DNA of 64,000 nucleotides from a bacterium (GCA_021811265.1 JAJZPH010000004.1:396-64395); one strand, 5' to 3'; shown: positions 46,050 to 56,143, counted from the stretch's first letter. Made by a program: numbers and translations. Notes: generated by a model from the sequence alone, not told the origin.

Positions 46050-46811
46050 TTAAGCGCGTCGTCGTCGTCTCTTTGCAGCAGCGACGGGAGTGCCTTGCAG
46101 CTCTTCGCTTTGTGGCCAGAAAAGGATGCGCGAACAATGTTCGCAAAAGACGAGTCTTTCTCCTTTGCGTACCAAATTTTCGTGTTGTGCGGTGAGTGCG
46201 ATGTGACAGCCAGCGCAGGTGCGGTTTTCAATAGGCACAATGATGCGATCCCTTTTGTTTCCAAGTAACCTTTCGTAGATTTTCAACACTTCGGGATCAG
46301 CTGAGGGGAGCAGTAGGTCGCGTTTTGCTTTCAGCTCCCTACCTTCGGTATTGATCAGATGGATCGAAGAACGAATCTCTTTTTCGAGCTGCAGGCTGCT
46401 TTCTTCTGAAGAAGCAAGACTCTCTTTGATCTTTTGTAAAATCTCTTCTTCCATATTTCTGCGGTCGATCAGATTGCTCGTGGCTTGTTCGGTGGCAAGA
46501 CGTTCTCTTTCCGCAGCTGACATTTCTTGAGTCAAGGCGTTGAACTCATCTACTTTTTTGATCGAACTTTGCTGCGATTCGAGCTTTTTGATATACTCTT
46601 TGATTTCAAGAATTTTGTGCTCATGGATCTGGATATTTTTGGAAAGCTCGGTAATTTCCAACTGTTTGGCGTCTAGCTGCTGTTTTAAATCGTGGCGTAA
46701 TGTTTCGATGTGCTGGAGCTCGCCCTCTCTTTCACGTTTTAAGCGCATGAGGCGCAGCATTTTCATATCGAGTTCTTGAATCTCGAGAAAGACGGATAAA
46801 ATTTTCAGCAT
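46050..46811 (-). CDS. coiled-coil protein with a C-terminal C4 zinc ribbon (DUF164; HP0958/CT398-like)
   Basis: 253 aa with a long heptad-rich region, then CAGCHIALT...FCEHCSRILF (CxxC...CxxC). Confidence 0.75.
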   Translation of the reverse strand: MLKILSVFLEIQELDMKMLRLMRLKREREGELQHIETLRHDLKQQLDAKQLEITELSKNIQIHEHKILEIKEYIKKLESQQSSIKKVDEFNALTQEMSAAERERLATEQATSNLIDRRNMEEEILQKIKESLASSEESSLQLEKEIRSSIHLINTEGRELKAKRDLLLPSADPEVLKIYERLLGNKRDRIIVPIENRTCAGCHIALTAQHENLVRKGERLVFCEHCSRILFWPQSEELQGTPVAAAKRRRRRA

Positions 46812-46956
46812 TTTCCCTCAAAAGAGTGTAAGATTTTTCAATCGAGTGTATCTTTTTTCTCTCTAACCATCAAGAAAAATTGAGATCATAGGATTTCTTT
46901 GTAATTTTACTGAAAATTTTTTATGCTTTTTCCATTCATCTTTAAAAGGAGGTTTT

Positions 46957-47253
46957 ATGAGTGGCTTAACTGTTCCTGTATTGGCGAGTGTGGTGCTGAG
47001 TACCCCCATAGTTGGGCCGGGAGCTGATTTCGTCCTTCAAGTTTCAGATTGTCTTGAAAAGAAAGTTGAAAAGACTTATTGCCACTATGCCACCGCACTC
47101 AATGCAATAGCTCTTGTCGCAACTATTGCTTCGTTTTATTTTTTTGGCGTACTGGGAACAACTCTGGGAGCTATTGCCATAGGGTTCAATTGCACGACCT
47201 TAGCAGGAAGAGCGTATCGTTGTTTTCGATTATCACGAGAGTTCTCTTTGTAA
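46957..47253 (+). CDS. hypothetical small membrane protein (bilobed hydrophobic segment)
   Basis: Strong RBS AAGGAGG. ALNAIALVATIASFYFFGVL-GTT-LGAIAIGFNCTTLAG hydrophobic pair. Confidence 0.45.
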   Translation: MSGLTVPVLASVVLSTPIVGPGADFVLQVSDCLEKKVEKTYCHYATALNAIALVATIASFYFFGVLGTTLGAIAIGFNCTTLAGRAYRCFRLSREFSL

Positions 47254-47428
47254 AATTTATTTTTTGCGAATTATTTTGATTGTGAACCACTCTGGGAACT
47301 ATTGCCCTAGTGATTAATGCTTCGCCGTTAGTTATAGCTATCTCAAAAAAAGATTCTCTTTTAAAATGTGCTAAGGTAGCTTTCCGGATAAGTTTATCGG
47401 AAAGAGTGCATTTGCTAGGAGAGTCTTT

Positions 47429-48910
47429 ATGTCTTATTTGAAGAAATATTTCTCACAAGTTCTAGAAGAAAAGCAGAACTGCGCTGCCATTGCTTTTTAT
47501 GCAGCCATCGACCATGTGCAAAAAACTTCTCCCGAAGTGGCACAAAGCATTGTCAAAGAACTAAAAGACCAGAGGAGCCATTTAAAGCTCATCGCTTCTG
47601 AAAATTTTTCGTCACTGGCAGTGCAATTGGCCATGGGCAATTTGCTCACCGATAAATATAGCGAAGGATTTCCCTATCATCGATTTTATGCAGGGTGCGA
47701 AAATGTCGACCTCATCGAACAGATGGCAGTGGACAGGGCCAAAGAACTTTTTCAGGCAGAACATGCCTATGTACAACCCCATTCGGGGGCCGACGCCAAT
47801 ATGGTGGCCTACTGGGCCATACTCGTGCAGAAGATACAAAATCCAAAAATGCACAAATTGCAAATGAAAAGCTTAGAAGATCTTTCTTCGAAAGAACATG
47901 AAAAATTGCGCAAAGAAATGGTGCAGCAAAAGGTCATGGGCATGTCGCTTGGCTCTGGTGGCCATTTGACCCATGGATATAGGCAGAATATTTCTGCGAA
48001 AATGATGCAGTCTGTGAGTTATGATGTCGATCCCAAGACCGGCCTTTTGGACTATGCATCGATTGCTAAACTTGCAAAAAAGGAAAAGCCGCTCATCCTC
48101 GTTGCTGGCTACTCTGCTTACCCACGACGGATCAATTTTGCCAAAATGCGCGAGATCGCAGATAGCGTAGGGGCTGTTTTATTGGTGGATATGGCCCATT
48201 TTGCAGGCCTTGTTGCAGGAAGGGTGTTTACAGGAGAATACAACCCAGTTGCTTTCGCCCATATCGTCACGTCGACGACCCATAAAACCTTGCGAGGTCC
48301 TAGAGGGGGCCTTATTCTTTGTAAAAAGGAGTTTCAAGAGGTAATTGACAAAGGCTGCCCCCTTGTTTTAGGTGGTCCTCTTCCCCATGTGCTGGCAGCA
48401 AAAGCCGTTGCTTTTACAGAAGCGCTTTTACCGTCATTTGCCCTCTATAGCAGACAGGTGGTAAAGAATGCCCAAGCACTCGCAGACGCACTACAAAAAA
48501 AAGGATGTGAAATTCTCACCGGCGGCACCGACAACCATCTCCTGCTTGTCAATGTCAACAAAAGCTTTCAGCTCACCGGAAGACAGGCAGAGACAGCTTT
48601 GCGATCGGCTAGAATGACCGTCAATCGCAATGTCCTTCCCTTTGATACCAATGGTGCCTGGTATACTTCGGGAGTACGCATCGGGACGCCTGCCGTAACA
48701 ACTTTAGGAATGAAGGAGTCAGATATGGAAGTCATTGCTGGATGGGTTTTTGATATTTTGCAACATACAAAACCAGTTTTTTCTGAAAAAGAAGAGGGTC
48801 TTTCAAGGTCCAAGGTGGAGACCGAGGCTAATGTGCTTGCAAAAGTGCAAGGAGAAATTCAGGAGCTTTTGCATCGATTTCCCTTGTATCCAGAACTGGT
48901 TGTTTCTTAA
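47429..48910 (+). CDS. glyA: serine hydroxymethyltransferase
   Basis: LIASENFSS, and the TSTTHKTLRGPRGG PLP-lysine motif. 493 aa (long chlamydial-type form). Confidence 0.95.
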   Translation: MSYLKKYFSQVLEEKQNCAAIAFYAAIDHVQKTSPEVAQSIVKELKDQRSHLKLIASENFSSLAVQLAMGNLLTDKYSEGFPYHRFYAGCENVDLIEQMAVDRAKELFQAEHAYVQPHSGADANMVAYWAILVQKIQNPKMHKLQMKSLEDLSSKEHEKLRKEMVQQKVMGMSLGSGGHLTHGYRQNISAKMMQSVSYDVDPKTGLLDYASIAKLAKKEKPLILVAGYSAYPRRINFAKMREIADSVGAVLLVDMAHFAGLVAGRVFTGEYNPVAFAHIVTSTTHKTLRGPRGGLILCKKEFQEVIDKGCPLVLGGPLPHVLAAKAVAFTEALLPSFALYSRQVVKNAQALADALQKKGCEILTGGTDNHLLLVNVNKSFQLTGRQAETALRSARMTVNRNVLPFDTNGAWYTSGVRIGTPAVTTLGMKESDMEVIAGWVFDILQHTKPVFSEKEEGLSRSKVETEANVLAKVQGEIQELLHRFPLYPELVVS

Positions 48911-48954
48911 AATGAATCATGCTATATCGAAACTACTGGAAATAGGAGAGTCTT

Positions 48955-49545
48955 ATGGTGCACGAACAGCAAAAAACGGAAAAGTTTTTGCAAGACAAAA
49001 TCGAACAGTCACTTTTAGATCAGAGAAGAGTTTTTCTTTCGGGAGTAGTGGATCAAGATTCCGCTGGTGAGATTATTCGCAAGCTCTGGTATTTGGAACA
49101 TTTAGCTCCCGGAAAACCCATCTTGTTTGTTATCAATTCTCCCGGAGGTGCTGTGGACTCTGGGTTTGCCATCTGGGATCAGATTCGCATGATCACCTCT
49201 CCCGTTTCTACTCTGGTGACGGGATTGGCAGCTTCCATGGGATCTTTATTGAGTTTGAGCGCAAAAAAAGGAAAACGCTTTGCAACTCCTTATTCAAGGA
49301 TCATGATTCACCAGCCCCTCATAGGAGGAGTGATTCAAGGGCAGGCAACCGACTTGGATATCCAGGCGAAAGAGATGCTCAAGACAAGAGATGTCATCGT
49401 CAAAATTTATTCCGAAGCTACCGGCAAAAGTGAAGAGGTGGTACGCAAAGCAATCAATCGTGATAATTGGATGACGCCTGCCGAAGCCAAGCAGTTTGGC
49501 CTGATAGATGCAGAGGCTCTCACCTTCAAGGAAATTGGGTTTTAA
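48955..49545 (+). CDS. clpP: ATP-dependent Clp protease proteolytic subunit
   Basis: [14 protein letters not shown] (catalytic Ser) and MIHQP (His) motifs. 196 aa. Confidence 0.93.
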   Translation: MVHEQQKTEKFLQDKIEQSLLDQRRVFLSGVVDQDSAGEIIRKLWYLEHLAPGKPILFVINSPGGAVDSGFAIWDQIRMITSPVSTLVTGLAASMGSLLSLSAKKGKRFATPYSRIMIHQPLIGGVIQGQATDLDIQAKEMLKTRDVIVKIYSEATGKSEEVVRKAINRDNWMTPAEAKQFGLIDAEALTFKEIGF

Positions 49546-49571
49546 AAACTGTACAATCAGTACAATATGCC

Positions 49572-49618
49572 AAAACCGCTGGGAGGAAATGGGCTTTTTG
49601 TCTCCCAGAGGTTTTGAT
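49572..49618 (+). terminator. hairpin downstream of clpP (possible terminator)
   Basis: AAAACCGCTGGGAG pairs with CTCCCAGAGGTTTT (14-bp stem, 1 mismatch) and is followed by G-ATC. The T-tract is weak. Confidence 0.35.
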
Positions 49619-49702
49619 CAAAAGAATCTTCGTGCCTTCTTATTTCTTTCCAGACAGGACAACGTTTGTTTGGGATGTTTTCTTTTTTAAGCGGAAAATG
49701 GA

Positions 49703-49740
49703 GAGCTCCAAAAACCGATTTTTCAGGTTGTTTGTATATA
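49703..49740. repeat. degenerate MITE right-end fragment
   Basis: GAGCTCCAAAAACCGATTTTTCAGGTTGTTTGTATATA compared with GTGCTCCAGAAACCGATTTTCCAAGTTCTTTGTGTATA. Confidence 0.5.
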
Positions 49741-49818
49741 AATGGAGAAAAGGAATAGAATATCGTCTTTAACGATCTGATTTTTGATTTCGTAAAAACT
49801 TTGTAGGAGGGAAAAATT

Positions 49819-50961
49819 ATGGCGAAGAGTTTGTCCAAAAAGAAGACTACAATTGGAGTTCCGAAAGAAATTAAGAATAACGAATTTCGAGTCGGTGCTA
49901 CTCCACATTCTGTAAAAGCATTCGTGGATGCAGGTCATGAAGTATGGGTAGAAAAAAATGCAGGAGAAAAGATTGGTTTTCCCGACAAAGTGTATGAGCG
50001 TTTTGGCGCGAAAATCGTTTCGTCTCCCAAGGAAATCTTTAAGAACTGCGAGATGATCATCAAGGTAAAAGAGCCCTTGGCAGCTGAATTCCCTCTTTTG
50101 AGAGAAGGGCAGATCCTTTTTACCTACCTCCATCTGGCTCCCGACCCAGAACAGACAAAGCAGATTTTGGCGAAAAAGATCATCGGCATTGCTTATGAAA
50201 CTGTAACCGATGCCAATAACCGCTTGCCCCTGCTTACTCCTATGAGTGAGGTAGCAGGAAGAATGTCCATTCAAGTGGGAGCAAAGGCTCTACAGCTCAT
50301 CAACGGAGGAAAAGGTGTTCTTCTCGGTGGTGTTCCCGGCGTGAAACCCGCAAAAGTCCTTGTCTTTGGTGGAGGGACTGTAGGAACAGAAGCGCTGCGT
50401 GTGGCTCTTGGCGTTGGTGCAGATGTGACGGTGTTTGACAAGAATCTGACCCGCTTGCGTCAGCTCGATGAGCTTTTTGGACCAAGGCTCAAGACGCTCT
50501 ATTCCACTCCCGCAGCCATCGATGAAGCTATCAGGACTGCTGACTTGATCATCGGAGCTGTTTTGGTCCCTGGTGGAAAGGCACCTAAGCTGATTACAAA
50601 AGAAAGTTTGAAGAAAATGGAACCTGGTACTGTGATCGTAGACGTTGCCATTGATCAGGGAGGATTTACTGAAACCTCGAAGCCTACCACACATGCAAAT
50701 CCTACTTACATTGTCGATGGCATTGTGCACTATTGTGTTGCCAATATGCCCGGCGCTGTTGCGCGCACCTCGACCATTGCTCTTACCAATGCCACATTAC
50801 CCTATGCATTGAAGTTGGCAAACTTAGGCGTCCAGAAGGCTCTGTTGGAAGATCCTGGTTTTCTCAAGGGATTGAACGTTTTCAAAGGGAAGGTAACAAA
50901 CGAAAACGTTGCTCAGGATTTGGGGTATGAGTATGTTGCACCTGAGAAGGTGTTGCGATAG
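49819..50961 (+). CDS. ald: alanine dehydrogenase
   Basis: TIGVPKEIKNNEFRVGATP N-terminus and VLVFGGGTVG NAD-binding motif. 380 aa. Confidence 0.88.
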   Translation: MAKSLSKKKTTIGVPKEIKNNEFRVGATPHSVKAFVDAGHEVWVEKNAGEKIGFPDKVYERFGAKIVSSPKEIFKNCEMIIKVKEPLAAEFPLLREGQILFTYLHLAPDPEQTKQILAKKIIGIAYETVTDANNRLPLLTPMSEVAGRMSIQVGAKALQLINGGKGVLLGGVPGVKPAKVLVFGGGTVGTEALRVALGVGADVTVFDKNLTRLRQLDELFGPRLKTLYSTPAAIDEAIRTADLIIGAVLVPGGKAPKLITKESLKKMEPGTVIVDVAIDQGGFTETSKPTTHANPTYIVDGIVHYCVANMPGAVARTSTIALTNATLPYALKLANLGVQKALLEDPGFLKGLNVFKGKVTNENVAQDLGYEYVAPEKVLR

Positions 50962-51010
50962 AATTTCTCGAAGCTGAGAAATTGCACTTTCTGAAAAATG
51001 AGAAAAAAGG

Positions 51011-54000
51011 ATGAAACTTCCCGAGTTTATTCAGAAAGTTTACGACCGACCTTCTTCCCATAAAGGAAAAAAGGTAAAGGAAATTCTTTTTTCCCGAGGC
51101 ACCTATCAGGTTGCAGTTGTAGAAAAAAAGGGCCAAAAAATCTTTTGGCCCTTTTTGCGCTTAGATGATAAGGGAGAGCTTCTCGATTTTTTTTGCACCT
51201 GCCCCGAATCGGAAAAAAAACAGGGATGTTCCCATGTTGCCCTTGCTTTTTTCTCTATTTTCGATGAGAAAAAAGGACCTGTGCACGTTCGTTTCAAAAG
51301 CTCTTTTTGGAGAGCTCTATGCCTTGCAGGGGCAAGAAGAGCGGGATTTAGCGCTTCTTTGAAGAAAAAAAGAGGGGGATATTATTGTGGCACGGGAAAA
51401 GAGCCCTTTTTTCAACTGAAGCTAAAAACAAAAAAGGCACAAGAGCATCTCCACGCGCTTTTTTCTAAAAAGACAAAAGAAGAAAATTCGTGGAAGTTTT
51501 CCAATTTTTCCACAGAAGAAATTGCCCTCTGGAAGCAAAAAAGTAGTAGCGAAAAACAATCTTCTGACACAGCACGCGCAGAGCAAGCCGAAAACTCGGT
51601 GGAGATTTTTTTCGAACTTTCCTTCTGGTCCGATCTGGCCAAGTGGCTCTTTTTTCTCCAGGAAGATCATAAAAAATATACAGTAGACTTTTTGGGCAGT
51701 TTTCCCCATGCGGTCTTAATCGCTTTCGCCGATGTAGAAATTTTGCTTTCTTTGAAAAAAGAAGATTGGCCATTGCTCATACCCACGCTCACTTCTATTG
51801 ATTCTTCTCTCAAGCTTTATGGAAAAGAGGAGAGCATCGAAAAGATTACCTTTGATCCCGATCAAGCCATTTTTCACGTCGATTTTAAAAAACATCCCGA
51901 GAAAAAAGGCAAAGAAATAGCAGTCGGAGGGTGGCTCTACGTAGAAGGAGAAGGATTTTATTCGAAAGAGCCTTTTTTCCCTTCTGCGACCATTTCCAAG
52001 GAAGAGGTTGCCTCTTTTTTAGAAAAGGAGCCGCTTCTCTGTAAAAAACGTTTGCAGGGGACAGAAATTACTCTAGAAAGCATGCCTGTGCACTACCATC
52101 TGTTTTTTGACGAAAAGCTTTCTTTGCATATCGAGCTTTATTTGTTTGCCATCCACGACCTTGAAGAGAAAGGAGCTCTCCTCTTTTTTCCTTGGGTCTT
52201 TTTGCCCGAGAGGGGTTTTTGTCGTTTGAAAGAAAGCTACTTTTCACAAAAAGAGACTGTCATTACAAAAGCAGATGTTCCCGAGTTTGTCACGAACCAC
52301 CGTTTGTGGCTGCAGGACCAGGAGGGGTTTCAGGCCCATATAACGCCCCTTTCCTCTCATCTGGTCTATGAGCTGCTTCCTCAAGGAGATCTGCAATTTC
52401 ATCTCAAAATGGATCTCGTGGAAGAGAAAGAGTGTATGGATTTCAATGGTTGGCTCTATGTGCGCGAAAGAGGTTTTTATTTAAAGAAGGTGCCTTTCAT
52501 TTCCATTCAGCCCGGTCTTATGGTGAAGAAAGAAGAGATTGCCTCTTTTATTGCGCAGCACAAAGAAGATCTCGAAGAGGTTGCTTTCTTTTTTACCTCT
52601 TTCAATCCCATTCAGAAGATGGGGCTAAAGGTATATTTGAATGAAAAAGAAGAAATTTGCATTCAGCCCCAACACGAGCTTGTCCCGGGGCTTTCTCTCG
52701 ACGACCTTACCTTTTTTGATTCCTACGTCTACATTCGCAATAGAGGTTTTTTTGAACTTTCTCCATCGGACCGTCTGCCCGCTAAATATACAAAAGAAGT
52801 CATCATTTCTCATGAAGAAGAATCCTTCTTTTTCAGCTTTGAATGGGACGCTTTGGAACCTTTTGTGCTCGGGTTGGATTTGCGACTGAAAAAACCGGAA
52901 AAGCTCTTTTTAAAAGTGGTACGCCTGATGCGCGAAAAGAGAAAAAAGCGACTGAGCTATTTGGCTAGCCTCAATTATGAGTCGGAACTGGGAACTTTGC
53001 AAATAAAAGAGCTCTGGAATGCATTGCAAACCAATCGCAAGTATCTCTTTTCAAAGGCAGGTCTTTTGAATGTGAAACTGCCTCGATTTCACTGGCTCTA
53101 CGGCATCAAGAAAGAACGCTTTGATTCCAGAACGGGTTATTTGCGCCTTTCTACTATGGAGTGGCTCCGTTTGTGCATTTTTGAAAATATCGAAGAGCCC
53201 CTTGGCGAAAATAGCGAAGAGAAAAAAACAAGGGCTCTTTTGGAAGAGCTTTGGAATTTCCGTAGCGATCAGCTGCTCGATATTTCCAGACTCTCGGCCA
53301 AGTTGCGTCCCTATCAAGAGACGGGGCTCCATTGGCTCTGGTTTCTCTACTCCCATGGACTTTCCGGTATCCTCTGCGACGACATGGGCCTTGGCAAAAC
53401 CCACCAGGCCATGGCTTTGATTGCTGCGATCTTTTCCGAAAGGGAAAAAAAGCATTTTCTTGTCGTCTGTCCCACATCGGTGATCTACCACTGGCAGGAG
53501 CTTTTGAGCAAGTTTTTGCCCTCAATGAAAGTGATGACTTACCATGGCCTACACCGCAGTTTGGAAGGTTTTAAAGAAGATTATGATCTTCTGCTGACCT
53601 CTTATGGCATTGTCCGCACCGATCTCAAAGAGCTCAAAAAGGTCTTTTTCGAACTTGCCATCTTCGATGAGGTGCAAATTGCCAAAAATTATCTGTCCAA
53701 AACCTTTCACTCCTTAAGAACCCTTGCAGCCAATATGAAGTTGGGGCTCACGGGAACGCCCATTGAAAATCGTCTGCGAGAGCTCAAAACTCTTTTTGAT
53801 TTGGTCCTTCCCTCTTACCTGCCAGGAGAGGCTCTTTTCCATGAGTTTTTTATTGTCCCTATTGAAAAAGAGAATGACGAAGAAAAAAAACAGCTGCTGC
53901 AACGACTGGTGCGCCCATTTCTTTTGCGAAGAAAAAAAACTGAAGTTCTTCTCGATTTGCCAGAAAAAATTGAAGAGATTGCTTACTGTGACCTTTCTGA

Positions 54001-54721
54001 AGAGCAGCGCAAGCTCTATCGTGATGCGGTAGTTTCTTCGAAAGATGAGCTGCTCGTTGAGTTTCAAGACAAACAAAAGAGTATTTCCTACATGCATGTA
54101 TTTGCTCTTTTGACAAGGTTGAAACAGATCTGCGACCATCCCTCTCTTATCTATAAGGACTTGCTAAGCTTTCACAAACATGAATCGGGCAAATGGGATC
54201 TTTTCGTTGAGCTGCTCAATGAGGCGCGCGAGAGCAAACAGAAGGTTGTTGTTTTCTCGCAATATCTCGACATGCTTGCCATCATTGAATCCTATCTGAA
54301 GAGAGAAAAGATTGGATATGCAATCATTACGGGTTCGACAAAAGACCGCGCTGCCGAGATGAGAAAATTTCGCGACGATCCTGTATGTGAGGTCTTTGTC
54401 GCATCTCTTCTTGCCGCTGGCCTCGGAATCGATCTATCGGCGGGATCTGTGGTGATTCACTACGATCGCTGGTGGAATCCGGCGAAGGAAAATCAGGCAA
54501 CGGATCGCGTGCACCGCTTGGGACAAAACCGCGGTGTGCAGGTCTTCAAACTGGTTTCGAAGCAGTCGATTGAAGAACACATCCATCACCTTATCGAAAA
54601 GAAAAAAGGCCTTATCGAAGAGATTATTGGTAAAGACGAGAGCGACATTCTCAAATCTTTTACAAGAGAAGATCTGATGGAGCTTTTGCAAGACATGATT
54701 ATCGATATTGGACATTCGTGA
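51011..54721 (+). CDS. SNF2-family helicase with an N-terminal SWIM zinc finger
   Basis: CTCPESEKKQGCSHV (SWIM CxC...CxH), DDMGLGKT (motif I), FDEVQIAKN (II), LTGTPIENRL (III) and QATDRVHRLGQ (VI). 1236 aa. Confidence 0.9.
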   Translation: MKLPEFIQKVYDRPSSHKGKKVKEILFSRGTYQVAVVEKKGQKIFWPFLRLDDKGELLDFFCTCPESEKKQGCSHVALAFFSIFDEKKGPVHVRFKSSFWRALCLAGARRAGFSASLKKKRGGYYCGTGKEPFFQLKLKTKKAQEHLHALFSKKTKEENSWKFSNFSTEEIALWKQKSSSEKQSSDTARAEQAENSVEIFFELSFWSDLAKWLFFLQEDHKKYTVDFLGSFPHAVLIAFADVEILLSLKKEDWPLLIPTLTSIDSSLKLYGKEESIEKITFDPDQAIFHVDFKKHPEKKGKEIAVGGWLYVEGEGFYSKEPFFPSATISKEEVASFLEKEPLLCKKRLQGTEITLESMPVHYHLFFDEKLSLHIELYLFAIHDLEEKGALLFFPWVFLPERGFCRLKESYFSQKETVITKADVPEFVTNHRLWLQDQEGFQAHITPLSSHLVYELLPQGDLQFHLKMDLVEEKECMDFNGWLYVRERGFYLKKVPFISIQPGLMVKKEEIASFIAQHKEDLEEVAFFFTSFNPIQKMGLKVYLNEKEEICIQPQHELVPGLSLDDLTFFDSYVYIRNRGFFELSPSDRLPAKYTKEVIISHEEESFFFSFEWDALEPFVLGLDLRLKKPEKLFLKVVRLMREKRKKRLSYLASLNYESELGTLQIKELWNALQTNRKYLFSKAGLLNVKLPRFHWLYGIKKERFDSRTGYLRLSTMEWLRLCIFENIEEPLGENSEEKKTRALLEELWNFRSDQLLDISRLSAKLRPYQETGLHWLWFLYSHGLSGILCDDMGLGKTHQAMALIAAIFSEREKKHFLVVCPTSVIYHWQELLSKFLPSMKVMTYHGLHRSLEGFKEDYDLLLTSYGIVRTDLKELKKVFFELAIFDEVQIAKNYLSKTFHSLRTLAANMKLGLTGTPIENRLRELKTLFDLVLPSYLPGEALFHEFFIVPIEKENDEEKKQLLQRLVRPFLLRRKKTEVLLDLPEKIEEIAYCDLSEEQRKLYRDAVVSSKDELLVEFQDKQKSISYMHVFALLTRLKQICDHPSLIYKDLLSFHKHESGKWDLFVELLNEARESKQKVVVFSQYLDMLAIIESYLKREKIGYAIITGSTKDRAAEMRKFRDDPVCEVFVASLLAAGLGIDLSAGSVVIHYDRWWNPAKENQATDRVHRLGQNRGVQVFKLVSKQSIEEHIHHLIEKKKGLIEEIIGKDESDILKSFTREDLMELLQDMIIDIGHS

Positions 54722-54760
54722 TTCATTTTTAACTTGTATGCTATAGCGCTATATTTATCA

Positions 54761-54818
54761 AATTTGGCCGTCGGTGCGTCGGTCTAAAGCCTGTGGAGCT
54801 GCCCGGGTTGCTGGAAGC
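54761..54818 (+). repeat. GC-rich 58-nt repeat, copy 1
   Basis: AATTTGGCCGTCGGTGCGTCGGTCTAAAGCCTGTGGAGCTGCCCGGGTTGCTGGAAGC. It matches 58496-58553 at 56 of 58 positions. Confidence 0.85.
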
Positions 54819-55045
54819 GGTGTATATGCCCATGATGTTACCCCATATAGGACTTATTGTATAAGATTGAAGACAGTAAGTAAGGATCATTCTTATTGCA
54901 GGAATTGAAAAACCACGATTCTAAAGTTTGTACTTGTCATCATTAAAACTGTGGTTATACAACAAGAGAATATTTTACCAAAAAATGATTTGGTGGAATA
55001 TTGCCAAATGGCTATCTTTGCAGAAAAGTATTCTTTGGGTTTTTT

Positions 55046-56143
55046 ATGAAAAAAAAGATCAGAATTGGTTTTCTTTTTGGTGGCAGGTCTGCAGAACATG
55101 AGGTTTCTCTTCTTTCTGCAAAAAACATTGTCTCTTCTCTTGACCCAACAAAATATGAACCGGTGCTTATCGGAATTGACAAAAATGGGCAGTGGCATTT
55201 GCGGGATGCGGATCAATTTCTTCTCCATGCAGAGAATCCAAAGCTTGTGCACCTTTCTGGGGAAAAGAAAGAGGTGGTACTAACGCCGAGCCAACAGGGA
55301 AGTCGACTGATCAATATTGAAAAAAAAGCACCCGTTGTCAATCTCGATGTTGTCTTTCCAGTGATGCATGGAACTTATGGAGAAGATGGGGCCATCCAGG
55401 GATTTCTTAAAATGGCCGGAGTTCCTTTCATTGGTGCGGGAATCCTGGGATCGGCAGTGGGTATGGACAAAGATGTGATGAAAAGGCTTCTGCGTGATGC
55501 TGGCATTTCTGTTGCTTCTTTTCTTACGATCTCTTCTTCTGAAAAGAGCCGTCTTGATTTTGCTCAAGTCACAAAAAAATTGGGCCTGCCTCTTTTTATC
55601 AAACCGGCAAACATGGGCTCCTCTGTGGGTGTTTCAAAAGTAAAAAATGAATCGGAATTTCTTCTCGCCGTCGCAAAAGCTTTTCTCTATGACTCTAAAA
55701 TCTTGATCGAAGAGTTTATTGAAGGAAGAGAGATTGAATGCTCTCTTCTTGGCAATGAAGAGCCCGTCTGTTCTCTTCCCGGCGAAGTAGTTCCTACCGA
55801 TGAGTTTTATTCCTATGAAGCAAAATATATGGATGATGCGGGCACCATATTTAAAATTCCAGCTGAGCTTACGTCGGAGGAAGTTGCAAGAATCCAAACA
55901 GATGCCTGCAAGACCTTCAAGGCTCTTTGCTGTGAGGGGATGGCGCGCGTAGATCTCTTTTTAAAAAAAGATGGATCTGTTGTTATTAATGAGATCAACA
56001 CGATCCCAGGTTTTACAAAATTGAGCCTTTATCCACGTCTGTGGGAGGCTTCTGGCTTATCCTTCGACCGTTTGATCGATCGCCTTGTCGCACTTGCTTT
56101 AGAGCGCTTCGAGAGGGAAAAGTCCATTAAAACTACTTTTTAA
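55046..56143 (+). CDS. ddl: D-alanine--D-alanine ligase (stand-alone)
   Basis: MKKKIRIGFLFGGRSAEHEVSLLSA N-terminus, HGTYGEDGAIQGFL, an ATP-grasp region and INEINTIPGFT. Confidence 0.92.
   Translation: MKKKIRIGFLFGGRSAEHEVSLLSAKNIVSSLDPTKYEPVLIGIDKNGQWHLRDADQFLLHAENPKLVHLSGEKKEVVLTPSQQGSRLINIEKKAPVVNLDVVFPVMHGTYGEDGAIQGFLKMAGVPFIGAGILGSAVGMDKDVMKRLLRDAGISVASFLTISSSEKSRLDFAQVTKKLGLPLFIKPANMGSSVGVSKVKNESEFLLAVAKAFLYDSKILIEEFIEGREIECSLLGNEEPVCSLPGEVVPTDEFYSYEAKYMDDAGTIFKIPAELTSEEVARIQTDACKTFKALCCEGMARVDLFLKKDGSVVINEINTIPGFTKLSLYPRLWEASGLSFDRLIDRLVALALERFEREKSIKTTF

Noticed and set aside
45723-46268. 181-aa plus-strand ORF and several other ORFs across 45565-46264.
   Set aside because: The region is explained by RNase P RNA on the minus strand (all conserved CR motifs present) and by the 3' end of the zinc-ribbon gene.
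49723-50274. 183-aa minus-strand ORF.
   Set aside because: It is antisense to the well-supported alanine dehydrogenase gene and starts within a degenerate repeat fragment. No motif.
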